Origin: Patescibacteria group bacterium
Lineage (GTDB): Bacteria; Patescibacteriota; Patescibacteriia; Patescibacteriales; JAQTRU01
Direction: 5' to 3'
Assembly: GCA_028716725.1 (NCBI GenBank)
Contig: JAQUPG010000004.1
Coordinates: 2,680 to 66,679, forward strand
DNA: 64,000 bases
This document shows positions 9,667 to 19,300 of this stretch, in pieces. The position numbers were made by a program, and so were the translations under genes. Each line of letters begins with the position of its first letter. Positions within the stretch are counted from its first letter, which is position 1. The notes beneath the pieces were generated by a model that saw only the letters and a list, made by a program, of their open reading frames with translations, ran no database searches and was not told the origin of the DNA.

Positions 9667-9717
9667 GTATAATCTAATAAAACAGCACCTTCACACCTTT
9701 AACAAGGAGGCTTTAAA

Positions 9718-10884
9718 ATGCAAGGAATAGAAAGACTTTGCTGCGATGCTTGCATAAACGCCGTTATCGGCGCTTGGCGAGAATTAATGGAAGCTACCGG
9801 CGCAGAAACATTGCGCAGGGTAAAATACGGCAAAGGCGACACTTTAGGCCTTGATGCCATTGCGGAAATAACGATTATGAACCGTCTAGGCGGTTTTGAC
9901 CAGCATGCTATTATCATCACTGAGGAGCAGGATGAAAATATCCGGCGGCATTGGCCCACTGACGCTGACCCGGCTAGGCAGCCGATGATGTTTTTTTCTG
10001 ATCCGACTGACCGTTCAATTGAATTGGAAAAGTACTTCAAGCGGCTTGCTCACGACGACCCCACGAAAAAAATCGGCGTTTTGATGAATGCGGTGGACAA
10101 AAGATCCATCTGGGAAGAAGTGGCCGAAGAAGCCCCGACCATTATTACTGGCCCGACCACTTCCATAACCTGCGTCCGCAAAGGCAGGGTAATTTTCACC
10201 GTAATCCTCAATTACGTGACGGCGACTATTACCGTGGCTACGGAAATTGGAATCTTCTGGCACCAACTCAAAAATTTCGACGAGCCGGACAACGAAAAAG
10301 TCACGCTGGCCGAAATTACCCAAAAAGGCAAAACTTTGATTTTCCCCAGTGTTAAAGAAACCGGCTTTACGCCTGACGACTGCAAAAGGTTCGTGACCTT
10401 TCTTGGAAAATCCGGCTACCGCGAGAATCTTGACGACAGCATGCTGTTTGTTGAAAACCCGGATAGTTTTATCCATCACAAAACTCCGCCTGGACCGCCA
10501 CGCGTCCTCTACCTTTCAGAATTTCAGAAAAGCTATAAACCCGTAGGCTTCGTTCTTTCCAACGGGGAAAAAATCGGCGAATGGCTTCCCTGGCTTCCGT
10601 TCGTCAAATTCGCCAGAAACGGAAACGGTTATCCAGCTTTGCGGATATTTGAAATTTACCTGGAACGCCCCTGGACGAAATACGGCATGTTAATGTCGCC
10701 TCCACCGGCTTACAGCCTATTCTGCGAAAATGGTGAAGAGTCTTACCTTGATATGAGCCGCCTTCGGAATTTCGACCGCCCGAGCCAGTTCCGCTCTATG
10801 CTCGTCGTCCTGCCCATTGATAACGAGAGAATTATCCATGTTCTTTGCCAACACAAATATCGGGAAGTAACGAATTTCTTCTGA
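9718..10884 (+). CDS. hypothetical protein with weak IMPase/FBPase-like N-terminal motifs
   Basis: 388-aa ORF with a strong RBS, promoter and terminator. DTLGLDAIAEITIMNRLG...IIITEE and FFSDPTDRS loosely recall the IMPase E-E and DPxDGT motifs. The function is unverified. Confidence 0.6.
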   Translation: MQGIERLCCDACINAVIGAWRELMEATGAETLRRVKYGKGDTLGLDAIAEITIMNRLGGFDQHAIIITEEQDENIRRHWPTDADPARQPMMFFSDPTDRSIELEKYFKRLAHDDPTKKIGVLMNAVDKRSIWEEVAEEAPTIITGPTTSITCVRKGRVIFTVILNYVTATITVATEIGIFWHQLKNFDEPDNEKVTLAEITQKGKTLIFPSVKETGFTPDDCKRFVTFLGKSGYRENLDDSMLFVENPDSFIHHKTPPGPPRVLYLSEFQKSYKPVGFVLSNGEKIGEWLPWLPFVKFARNGNGYPALRIFEIYLERPWTKYGMLMSPPPAYSLFCENGEESYLDMSRLRNFDRPSQFRSMLVVLPIDNERIIHVLCQHKYREVTNFF

Positions 10885-10901
10885 AAAAAACTTTCCTTAT
10901 T

Positions 10902-10930
10902 AAAACCCCTCGCGAGAAACGAGGGGTTTT
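10902..10930. terminator. bidirectional rho-independent terminator
   Basis: AAAACCCCTCG / CGAGGGGTTTT, an 11-bp stem with a 7-nt loop, between convergent genes. Confidence 0.75.
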
Positions 10931-10951
10931 ATTTAGTAATTGACCGGCCAA

Positions 10952-12160
10952 TCATTCCGTGGCCGTTCTTATCTCGCCACATTTATCTTTAACTTTATCC
11001 GTAATCTCAAAAATATCGTCAATCTTTGGCTCAAAAGCTTTTATAACTTCGCCGGTCTTTAAAACCGCTGTCACTTCTAAACTATGTGTTTGCATAGTTG
11101 AACCCACTTCGCAATTTTTAATTGACTGTTTAATCCTTTGCCATAACACATCATTTATGTCTTCCGGCGTTTGCTCAATGGAAACCCAACATTTATTTTC
11201 TAAACAAACCGCTTTCTCGCGGCCAGAGCATTGCAATTCACCGGTTGAAGGAAAAGAATTGACCAGATTTAAAATTCTGTCGGCGTTTGCCTTGTTAACA
11301 ACAATAGCGCAGCTGAACGGAGACCGGTTGGCGACGATCGCGCAATCGGAATTTTCCCGGCATTCGCCGGCCCAGGCGATTTGCCGGGATATATACGATT
11401 TCTTAATTGATAAAAAAGAAATAAAAATTAATACCATAAAAACCAAAAAGGAAAATAAAGCTATAGTTATGTTTATTTTTTTCATCCTTAGCCGGGCATT
11501 AACTGATTTTACCAAGAAATAAAATAAGACAAATATCAAAAGATAAAACAAATAATCAAAAATTATATAATGGTACAAACTTCCCGGAGAAAAAATCCAC
11601 TCATCAATGGTAAAATTATCCAACACATCTTTTATCTGATGAATCCAGAATGGATAAGGCCAGCCGTGCTGGGCGCTCATAATCGTACCCCCGATTTTTA
11701 TTTTATAAACAGCCAACGAAGCCGATAAAACAGCCAGGGGTCCGACAAAAACTACCAAGATGCCCAGCTTATTTTTATATAAAGCATAAAATCCTTTTAA
11801 CACAACCCCTAAAAGCCCGCCTAAAAAACTCACAAGAGAAAAAACCGCGGCCATCATTAACGTGTCCTTATCCCATAGTTCAGCTAAGGGGAGCGGCGAG
11901 TCATAAACCAAATGCGACATCATATACCTTTTTAAAAAAATCAAAATCATTGCTAAAAAGCCAAAAAGCAAAGAGCCAATTAATAATTTATCCAAAAATT
12001 TATAAACAGCAGTTTCTGCCTGAACCCAGGCCATAAAACAGCCGGTTAAAAGCAGATAGGGCAAAATCGACCACTCGTATTCAAAAATCCAGAAACTTAT
12101 TATAAGAAAAACAATAGCGCAAATAATCGCCGTTAATAAAACTTTTTTAAATTTTTCCAT
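10952..12160 (-). CDS. multi-pass membrane protein with Cys-rich C-terminal extracytoplasmic domain
   Basis: 402 aa with about 8 hydrophobic helices, then a soluble tail containing several Cys. I recognise no family. Confidence 0.6.
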   Translation of the reverse strand: MEKFKKVLLTAIICAIVFLIISFWIFEYEWSILPYLLLTGCFMAWVQAETAVYKFLDKLLIGSLLFGFLAMILIFLKRYMMSHLVYDSPLPLAELWDKDTLMMAAVFSLVSFLGGLLGVVLKGFYALYKNKLGILVVFVGPLAVLSASLAVYKIKIGGTIMSAQHGWPYPFWIHQIKDVLDNFTIDEWIFSPGSLYHYIIFDYLFYLLIFVLFYFLVKSVNARLRMKKINITIALFSFLVFMVLIFISFLSIKKSYISRQIAWAGECRENSDCAIVANRSPFSCAIVVNKANADRILNLVNSFPSTGELQCSGREKAVCLENKCWVSIEQTPEDINDVLWQRIKQSIKNCEVGSTMQTHSLEVTAVLKTGEVIKAFEPKIDDIFEITDKVKDKCGEIRTATE

Positions 12161-12162
12161 AG

Positions 12163-12663
12163 TTATTCTATTTTTATAATTTTATAAATAACTTCCTTAT
12201 CCTTATCTCCCGGTCGAATTTTCACCATCTCCCCTGCCTTTCGGCCAAGCAGAGCCCGGCCCACGGCGGAATTATGCGAAATCACGCCCCTGCCCGGGTC
12301 GGTTTCGGATGAGCCGAGAATTTTATATTTTTTTTCTCTTCCTCCAATTTCCACGGTTACCGTGCTGCCCAATTCCACGCTCCCGCTTTTTTTTCCTCTT
12401 ATAATCACGGCATTTTTTATCATTTCTTCCAAATCTAAAATCCGCTGGTTAATTCCGCGCAGCCTGCCTTTAGCCATCTGGTAGCCCGCGTTTTCCGAAA
12501 AGTCCCCGGTCGTGGAAAGCTCTTTCACTTCCGCGGCCTGCTGCGGCCGGATGGTTTTTAATTTCTCCAGCTTATTTTTCAGTTCCGCCAATTTTTCCGG
12601 CGTCATATGCGCATCCGGCTTTAAATTAGTATATTTACCGGGTTTTCTTCTTGGCACTTGCAT
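12163..12663 (-). CDS. greA: transcription elongation factor GreA
   Basis: 166 aa. Coiled-coil N-terminus with DFSENAGYQMAK, and a C-terminal GSTVTVE..YKILGSSETDP..ISHNSAVGRALLGRKAGE. Confidence 0.85.
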   Translation of the reverse strand: MQVPRRKPGKYTNLKPDAHMTPEKLAELKNKLEKLKTIRPQQAAEVKELSTTGDFSENAGYQMAKGRLRGINQRILDLEEMIKNAVIIRGKKSGSVELGSTVTVEIGGREKKYKILGSSETDPGRGVISHNSAVGRALLGRKAGEMVKIRPGDKDKEVIYKIIKIE

Positions 12664-12769
12664 ATTTAAATTTAAAATAGTAAAAATTAACTTATTTCCA
12701 TATTATTATAACATAAATAAAACAAAAACGTCCAAACGAACGTTTTTATTTAAACCGTAAAACCTAAAT

Positions 12770-12904
12770 TTAGCCATGAACTTTATTCGCGGTTTTTCTG
12801 TTAACCTTTTTTTCAAGCATAAGCCGCTTTATTTCAAGCCGCTTCTTGGTTTTGTGGGAATGCGTTTTTCTCCTCTTCCCTACCCCGGTGCTTCTTTTTG
12901 CCAT
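12770..12904 (-). CDS. small highly basic protein (44 aa), possibly ribosome-associated
   Basis: My own translation: MAKRSTGVGKRRKTHSHKTKKRLEIKRLMLEKKVNRKTANKVHG. It is below the ORF-track size cutoff, and an AT-rich hairpin follows at about 12724-12748. Confidence 0.35.
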   Translation of the reverse strand: MAKRSTGVGKRRKTHSHKTKKRLEIKRLMLEKKVNRKTANKVHG

Positions 12905-12955
12905 ATGAATATTTTAAAAATAAATGTTAGTTTCGTTTTATACAATATAGCATCT

Positions 12956-15190
12956 TTATTTAATGACTTCAACCATCCCCGGCTTCTGCCAGTCCAGTTC
13001 CAGTTCAGCCTGCGAAACTGTATCGCCATCTTCATTTTTGGCTTTTAAATAAATAAAAATCGGGCTGTCCGTTTCCTTCCTGCCTTCATCTCCTAAAAAA
13101 GTCCAATAAACCCGGTTGCCGTCATTAACTAGATTATTAACATAAACCGGATTGTCCAAATTATCAACCAAATAGCCGAAATTCGTGCTCCAGTCATACC
13201 TGATGACATCGTCCAGTTTTATAGACGGCTCAAGTTCAATGCCGCGAATGGAAGACATAATCGGCGAATAAGTATCGCTTTTAAAAACTATTTTAAGCTT
13301 TTCATCCTCCCGGCTGACAGTTTCAAAGTCAAAATCCTCCAGCTCCTTTACTTTTCCGCCCGAAATTTCCTTAACAGTCATTTCCGGATCGCCTTTGTAG
13401 TAAATTCTGCCGTGCCCTTGGGCAATCGCTTCTAAAGTTTTATCCGCGTAAACTTCGGCTTTGGCATTGTCCGAAACTTTTATTTTAGCGGTTTCGGCTT
13501 TTAAGTCTTTGGCAAAAAGGTCGGACGAGCCGGTCATCTCTACTACCAGTTCTTCGGCCTGCCCTTTCAAATAAGTACGGGAAACCACCCCGCCGTTAAT
13601 CTTTATGTTTTGCGCTTTAAGATCATCGGCAACCAAACGGCCAAAACCTTCCAGAACGGCGTCAATATTTTCCGGCGAGCCCATAAGCTCTAAATTGCTC
13701 CCGGCTCCAGCCACGTAAATTTCCAAATTACCACCGCTCGTATTAACTTTTACGCGGGAGCTTTCCCCCACGCTTAATTTCTCCAGTCCGGGAAAATTAT
13801 CAAGCTCGGCTTGAACCGAACGGAAAGAAACGAATGATTTCAAATCCGGAACGATAATCTCGGCTTCAATCTTTTTATTAAAGCAGAAAAGGCATAATTT
13901 TCCGGCTTCGCCCGCGGTTTTCTGGACAATCTGCAATTGCCCGTCTTCTATGTTAAAATTAAGCCGGTCCAGGTCTTTTTCCCGGCCCGCCATCTCTATT
14001 TTAAATTCATCTCCCGGTTTTACTTTAACATCCATGTTCGCGCCCAAATACAGCTTGGTAAAATCATCATAATCATACGAACGGGTAATATTTTCCGTAG
14101 TTGCCTGCTCATCCATCCGGGAAAAAATCTTCGGAGCCAGGTCCCCGGCCGCCACGATAGCCGCGGCCACGGCCAAAATCCAGATTCCGACCAAAAGGCC
14201 GCTTGCCAAAGCCCGAAAAGAATTTTTACCCCGGCCCAGACTTAAGCCCAGAAGAAAAAGAAAAAGCAAAGGAATCACAGCCAAAAAATAAACAGCGACC
14301 ACGCCGACATAATACATAACCGAACTTATTAAAATATCAAGCGGCAAATCCGAAACAATATAGGGCGAATTGATGTTAAAAAGCAAAACTCCGGAAGCGG
14401 CGGTTAAGCCCAAAATGGAAACAGCGGCAGCGATAATAATTATCACCCCGAAAAAAATCCTGATAATTGGCCAGCCCAGGCTCAGAACTTTTATTAAAAA
14501 CTGCATTACAGCCCGCAGAATCTGAATGGGAAAATTGATTATTCTGCGGAGTATGCCCTTGTTAGTCGTAATCCTTCCTAAAGCCGCGCGCCCTTCCTCT
14601 TTGGCCACTTTAGCTTTTTCTTTGATGGTTTCTTCAAGTTTTTTTATATTGACCGGCTCGCCCTGCATTTCCAGCTTCTGCGAATTGGTTTTGGCTTCCG
14701 GCATTACGATCCAGCAGATGATATAAGCCAAAATCCCGAAACCGCTTAAGAAAACTAGAACCACGAAAATAATTCTTACGAGAACGGGATCCACCCCGAA
14801 ATAAGAAGCGATGCCGGAGCAGACGCCGGCAATCACGACATCGTCCGGGTTGCGGTATAATCTTTTACCCAAACTGAAAGTTTTGTCTTCTTCTTTTTTA
14901 GCTTCGCCGGTTCCCGCGCCCGGAGTTTCCTCGCCGTCAAATTCTTCCACCGTGCCCATGACTTTAATTATGTCTTCCACGTCATTTTCCGTAATGACTT
15001 TTTTCGCGTTTTTGGTTTTGCTTAAAAACTTTTCCGCAATGCTTGATTCTATGTCAAGAAGAATTTCCCTGCTTTCGTCTTTACCGTAATGGGCGCGGAT
15101 GGACTCTAAATAATTGTCCAGCTTCGCATAGGCCTCTTCTTCGATATTGAATATCAGGCCGTTTAAAGTTATCGAGATTGTTTTTTCCAT
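12956..15190 (-). CDS. PspC domain-containing membrane protein with C-terminal DUF4097/adhesin-like beta domain
   Basis: PspC motif RLYRNPDDVVIAGVCSGIASYFGVDPVLVRIIFVVL. The start at MEKTISITLNG (15190) abuts the padR stop codon. Confidence 0.8.
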   Translation of the reverse strand: MEKTISITLNGLIFNIEEEAYAKLDNYLESIRAHYGKDESREILLDIESSIAEKFLSKTKNAKKVITENDVEDIIKVMGTVEEFDGEETPGAGTGEAKKEEDKTFSLGKRLYRNPDDVVIAGVCSGIASYFGVDPVLVRIIFVVLVFLSGFGILAYIICWIVMPEAKTNSQKLEMQGEPVNIKKLEETIKEKAKVAKEEGRAALGRITTNKGILRRIINFPIQILRAVMQFLIKVLSLGWPIIRIFFGVIIIIAAAVSILGLTAASGVLLFNINSPYIVSDLPLDILISSVMYYVGVVAVYFLAVIPLLFLFLLGLSLGRGKNSFRALASGLLVGIWILAVAAAIVAAGDLAPKIFSRMDEQATTENITRSYDYDDFTKLYLGANMDVKVKPGDEFKIEMAGREKDLDRLNFNIEDGQLQIVQKTAGEAGKLCLFCFNKKIEAEIIVPDLKSFVSFRSVQAELDNFPGLEKLSVGESSRVKVNTSGGNLEIYVAGAGSNLELMGSPENIDAVLEGFGRLVADDLKAQNIKINGGVVSRTYLKGQAEELVVEMTGSSDLFAKDLKAETAKIKVSDNAKAEVYADKTLEAIAQGHGRIYYKGDPEMTVKEISGGKVKELEDFDFETVSREDEKLKIVFKSDTYSPIMSSIRGIELEPSIKLDDVIRYDWSTNFGYLVDNLDNPVYVNNLVNDGNRVYWTFLGDEGRKETDSPIFIYLKAKNEDGDTVSQAELELDWQKPGMVEVIK

Positions 15191-15194
15191 ATAT

Positions 15195-15545
15195 TTATTT
15201 AAATTTTTTAATAAGCGCGCTGATTGATTTATCAAGCTCCTGCCAGGTTTCAGCCAGATCCTCCAAAGTCTTTTTGCCCTGACCGGTCAGAGAGTAATAT
15301 TTCCTCGGCGGACCGGTTTTGGATTCGCGCCAGGAATAATCAAGAATTCCCGAATTTTTTAGGCGCGAAAGCAAAGGATAAATCGTTCCTTCCACCACAA
15401 TCAGATTCGCCGTCTTTAATTCTTTTAAAATATCATTGGCATAAACGTTTCCTTTGGAAATTATAAGCAAAATACAGAATTCCAAAATCCCGCGCCGCAT
15501 CTGCGCTTTAGTATTTTCCAGATTTATTTCATTCATGGTTGTCAT
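15195..15545 (-). CDS. PadR family transcriptional regulator
   Basis: 116 aa. Winged-helix pattern GILEFCILLIIS...YANDILKEL...EGTIYPLLSRLKNSGIL...RKYYSLTGQG. Confidence 0.85.
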   Translation of the reverse strand: MTTMNEINLENTKAQMRRGILEFCILLIISKGNVYANDILKELKTANLIVVEGTIYPLLSRLKNSGILDYSWRESKTGPPRKYYSLTGQGKKTLEDLAETWQELDKSISALIKKFK

Positions 15546-15577
15546 AGTTATCCACAGGCAAATTTTACCCTATTTAC

Positions 15578-15606
15578 ATTATAGCACCAACTACTATGTA
15601 TCGCAA
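15578..15606 (-). promoter_or_regulatory. sigma-70-type promoter of the padR-pspC operon
   Basis: The minus strand reads TTGCGA, 17-nt spacer, TATAAT, with an extended TGC just before the -10. Confidence 0.5.
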
Positions 15607-15799
15607 GGTAGTAAAGATATATAAATAAAAAAACACCTGGATTTTTTAAGAATCCAGGCATTTTTATTAAAATATATTTTAAATTAAAAACTGTTATTTG
15701 GAATAACAAGTTTGGGTTTTGGGTTGGATAGTCCCCTGCTTCGCCCGCCGTAGCCCTAAGCGAAGGCGGACCTACTCCAGCTTATATCCACATAAAACA

Positions 15800-15829
15800 A
15801 AGAATTACAGAGTTAACTCTGTAATTCTT
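15800..15829. repeat. 13-bp perfect hairpin AAGAATTACAGAG/CTCTGTAATTCTT, left flank of the CRISPR-cas module
   Basis: Read directly. The outer stem AAGAATTAC/GTAATTCTT is shared with the hairpin at 19805-19840. Confidence 0.7.
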
Positions 15830-15874
15830 GTTCATTTATATACTCTCATTATACCAAAAAACGCTCATAATAAT

Positions 15875-15899
15875 AAAAACACCCTCTTGGGGTGTTTTT
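15875..15899 (-). terminator. rho-independent terminator at the distal end of the CRISPR array
   Basis: AAAAACACCC / GGGTGTTTTT, a 10-bp stem with a 5-nt loop, 33 nt beyond the last repeat in the direction of array transcription. Confidence 0.65.
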
Positions 15900-15931
15900 A
15901 TTAAACTTTTAATTACCCCCCCCCTAGGGAA

Positions 15932-16219
15932 GTCTACAAAAGTAAAAATTGGATATAGTTATTAGACCCTATCCTTTGGATAATAAATGTATATCTACGG
16001 AAGTAGAAATTGGATATAATTATTAGGCTTAAAAGCCAACTAATAATTAAATTATAATCTACAAAAGTAGAAATTGGACACAGTTATTAGACTTCAATCA
16101 GAAGCCTGCCTAAAGGCTCTATCTACAAAAGTAGAAATTGGATATAGTTATTAGACTCTCCAAAGCTAAGAAACTTTATAATAATCTACAAAAGTAGAAA
16201 TTGGATATAGTTATTAGAC
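15932..16219 (-). CRISPR. Type V-A-like CRISPR array: 5 repeats of 36 nt, 4 spacers of 25-28 nt
   Basis: Repeats at 16184-16219, 16121-16156, 16057-16092, 15993-16028 and 15932-15967. Minus-strand consensus is GTCTAATAACTATATCCAATTTCTACTTTTGTAGAT. The two cas-proximal copies are identical and the distal ones carry 2, 4 and 2 substitutions. Confidence 0.92.
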
Positions 16220-16225
16220 AGTATA

Positions 16226-16301
16226 TTTAGCTATAATTAGCCACAAAAAAATAAAATTGTGAATAAATCCAAATAAAGATTTTTTGCTAATTATAGCTAA
16301 A
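16226..16301. repeat. 16-bp perfect inverted repeat in the cas12-to-array spacer (leader)
   Basis: TTTAGCTATAATTAGC (16226-16241) and GCTAATTATAGCTAAA (16286-16301) are separated by 44 nt. Confidence 0.8.
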
Positions 16302-16372
16302 ATTCCAAATACATACATTAGGGTTTCTCTCTAATAAATATACGACAACTTCTACCAATTTTACTACTTTTA

Positions 16373-19300
16373 TTACTCATTTTTTAAAGAACACTTGGAA
16401 TGCAATTCTGCTAAGCTTTTTTTAGCAATATTATATGAAGCGACCTTATCAGAGTTATCCAATGCGATTAAATCATTCCTAGTTTTGTCCTCTTTAGTGC
16501 CAAAATTGCAATTATTATTTTTACATTTATAGGCATGGGCATTCCATTTCTGCGATTTATCGGAATTTTCTGTTCCACAACGCGGACATTTGTTGCTTGT
16601 TCCGCATGTTTCAATATAAAATATCGCTCCAATCTGATTTATCTCCTTAAAATTTTGCAAGCTCATAACTTGCTTCAAGCCGGGCGGGACAAGGGAAAGC
16701 GTTTGAAATTTTTGCAATAATTTAAATTCAATTATACTGCCCAAATAACCAGAAAATTCACTAATTCGTTGATTCTTGTTAGCCATATCTAAATTCTCAA
16801 AAGCCACTATGCCAAAATATTTTTGCTGCAAATAATTTATAACCCCGACAGCGTTAGCGCACAAGGCATTTTTTAGATGGTTGATTTTTTCTATCGAAAT
16901 TATTTCAGCATTACCGCTCTTGTTTTTAATTCCGTCGTAATAATCCTGCAATTCTTTTTGAATGGCGTCCAAAGATAAAATATTATCAAACCGATCATCG
17001 TAACAATATAAATCATCATTTTCTAGTTTCCCGCGGTTTTCAATATTTAAAAATAAACTTCCTTTATCCGCATTATAACAAATTTTATCTGATCTGAATT
17101 TATTTTTAGCTACACCTTCCCAGATTTTTCTCAAAGCGCTTACTCGTTTTGACTCCAAATAAGTAGCTATATCTCCATTTAAAATTATTTTTCCTTTCAC
17201 TATTTTAGCGCAAGATAAATCAATACACGATTTTGCTGAAATCCTTTCAATGATTCCAATGTTGTTCAGAAACTGATCAATGCTTTTATAAGCGACCCTG
17301 TTTCCACTATCTTTTGCTAAATATTTTTCTTTCTTAAGCTGATATATTTCCAGATCAATAAATTCCGGCTTGTTATATTCTCCCGGCGTTCCGTCTTGTT
17401 TAATAAATTTTATCTTTTCATTTTCTGAAAATTTAAATAAGCCGAGAGTTAAAAGCTCATCCTTTCCCCTGTCTAATCCATAATAATAAATATCAAATGG
17501 TTTTATTTTTTTGTTAAACTCGTCATTATATTCCTCAATATATTTTTTAATATCATCGGTCGTTTTGTATGATAAGTCGGTATTTTTTCCGTGAGCATTC
17601 AAAGTTATCGTAGTTGAAAGCATAAATTGTTCGTTTAACCGTCTATTTTTTTTCAATTTACCCAAATCCCTATCTTTTAATTCGTCGGGGTGTTTTTCAA
17701 CAAAATTTATTTTAAATTCTGGATTCAAACGAACTTCGTAATTCTTTTCCTCATTTCCGTCTGTCCAAAAATCAAGCCAAATTTTTGTATGAAATTCAGG
17801 GTGGCTTCTGCCAAGATGATTTTTATTTTGTAAAGACGCCAAAATTTCTGCGTCATCTTTTTCCAAATCATAACTGGTTATTTTATACAAATTTCCTTGA
17901 TAATCATTAATAATTTTCTTTTTTGTATCTTCAGAAATAGCTATTGATTTTTTGTAATAACAAGTTTTTTTAAATAATCTCTCAAAGTCAGCCAATTCTC
18001 CATATTCTTTAATCGCAAGCTCATCAAAATTTTTAAAATTATCAATCGCCAGCATTTCCTTGGTTGAGCTTAAACTTAATACCGTCTGGTAAAACTTTAA
18101 CATCTCTTTCCCGTCTTCTGAAAATTGATCTTTTCTTTTTAAATCACCATTTATAAAAAAAGAATTATCATTTTGCAGAAGTTCATTTTTAATTGCCGGC
18201 ATAAAAGTATTTTTATCCGATCCAAAGCAAAGCTTGTCCAATGCACGCAAAGTAAACGATTCGAAAGCGTACAAATTCCATTGCCCGCCATTCTCGTTTT
18301 GCAAATCGTCAATATATTTTTTGGCATTTTGAAGATTATTTTTTGCGTCTCTTGAAATGGTTAAAACATATTTTTGGTTGTCTTTTTCCAAAATCACCGC
18401 CCAAGATTGTAATTTCTCAGCATCATTTTTTTCTCTTTCTAAAGATCTAATATCCGCTTTTATTCTACCAGATTCTTTAGCAACTTTTTCATATAATAAT
18501 AAAAAATTATATAAATTTGGAAAATTTTTTTTGGCAAACTGGAAATATTTACCCCTTTTTGATCCATCGGTTTCCTTCTTAAACTTATTAAAATTCTCTT
18601 CGCTAATATCCTTCAGCAATGCTAACTCCGGATTACTCTTTAAATCTTTATAGGTTTTATTTTGATGAACAAATTCATAGAATTTGGACTTTGAATCAGC
18701 CTTAAATTTCTTCATCGCCTCTTTCAACTTATCTATAGGCAAATTTATATCCGTAAATCCGGTTCGCTTAAATAAATTCTTATCATCTTGACTAAATGAA
18801 TAATTTAATTTTAATTTATCTTTATTATTTTGTATTTCTTGTGGATAATCTTTCGGTTTTTTATTAACGATATAATAATTTAAACTTGCACGTTCAATTT
18901 CAACTCCCAACGACTGGCTTGGCAGGACCGCTTTTTCCAATAATGCAAGCAATAGCTTACATTCGTCCAATTCTTTTTTTGCAACATCAATTTTTTCATT
19001 GCTATTTTTATAGTCAATATTTCCATTGAATAACTCAAAAATGAATTCAAAATTACTTCGCTTGGTTATTTTTCTAATCCAATATGCAAACTCGGAAATT
19101 CTTTTTTGGTTTTCTTCCGGCTGATTTAAACATATTTTTAAATTAGCAATACATTCTTTATTTTCTTCAAGCCAATTTTCAAAATAATCATTTAAAAATT
19201 TTATATTGGTATTATCAATAGCAATTTTGTTACCTCGTTTTTTATTGTCCTGAATAATTTTTTCCTTCACATCAAAAAAGTCATTTTTGGTGTAATTCCT

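Noticed and set aside
10959-11522. 187-aa plus-strand ORF. The same reasoning applies to 10015..10479, 2603..2965, 3342..3698, 22842..23201, 37532..38056 and many others in the track.
   Set aside because: All overlap longer ORFs on the opposite strand that have recognisable motifs or a membrane topology. None has expression signals.
12776-13048. 90-aa plus-strand ORF
   Set aside because: It covers the antisense of a small basic minus-strand ORF and the 3' end of the PspC-domain gene. It has no RBS.
15719-15904. 61-aa plus-strand ORF between padR and the array
   Set aside because: It spans three hairpin elements and has no RBS, so it is most likely non-coding.
15916-15924. Run of nine C residues next to the most degenerate repeat
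   Set aside because: A single homopolymer cannot be interpreted without read data. It could be slippage-prone, but there is no coding or promoter context to act on.
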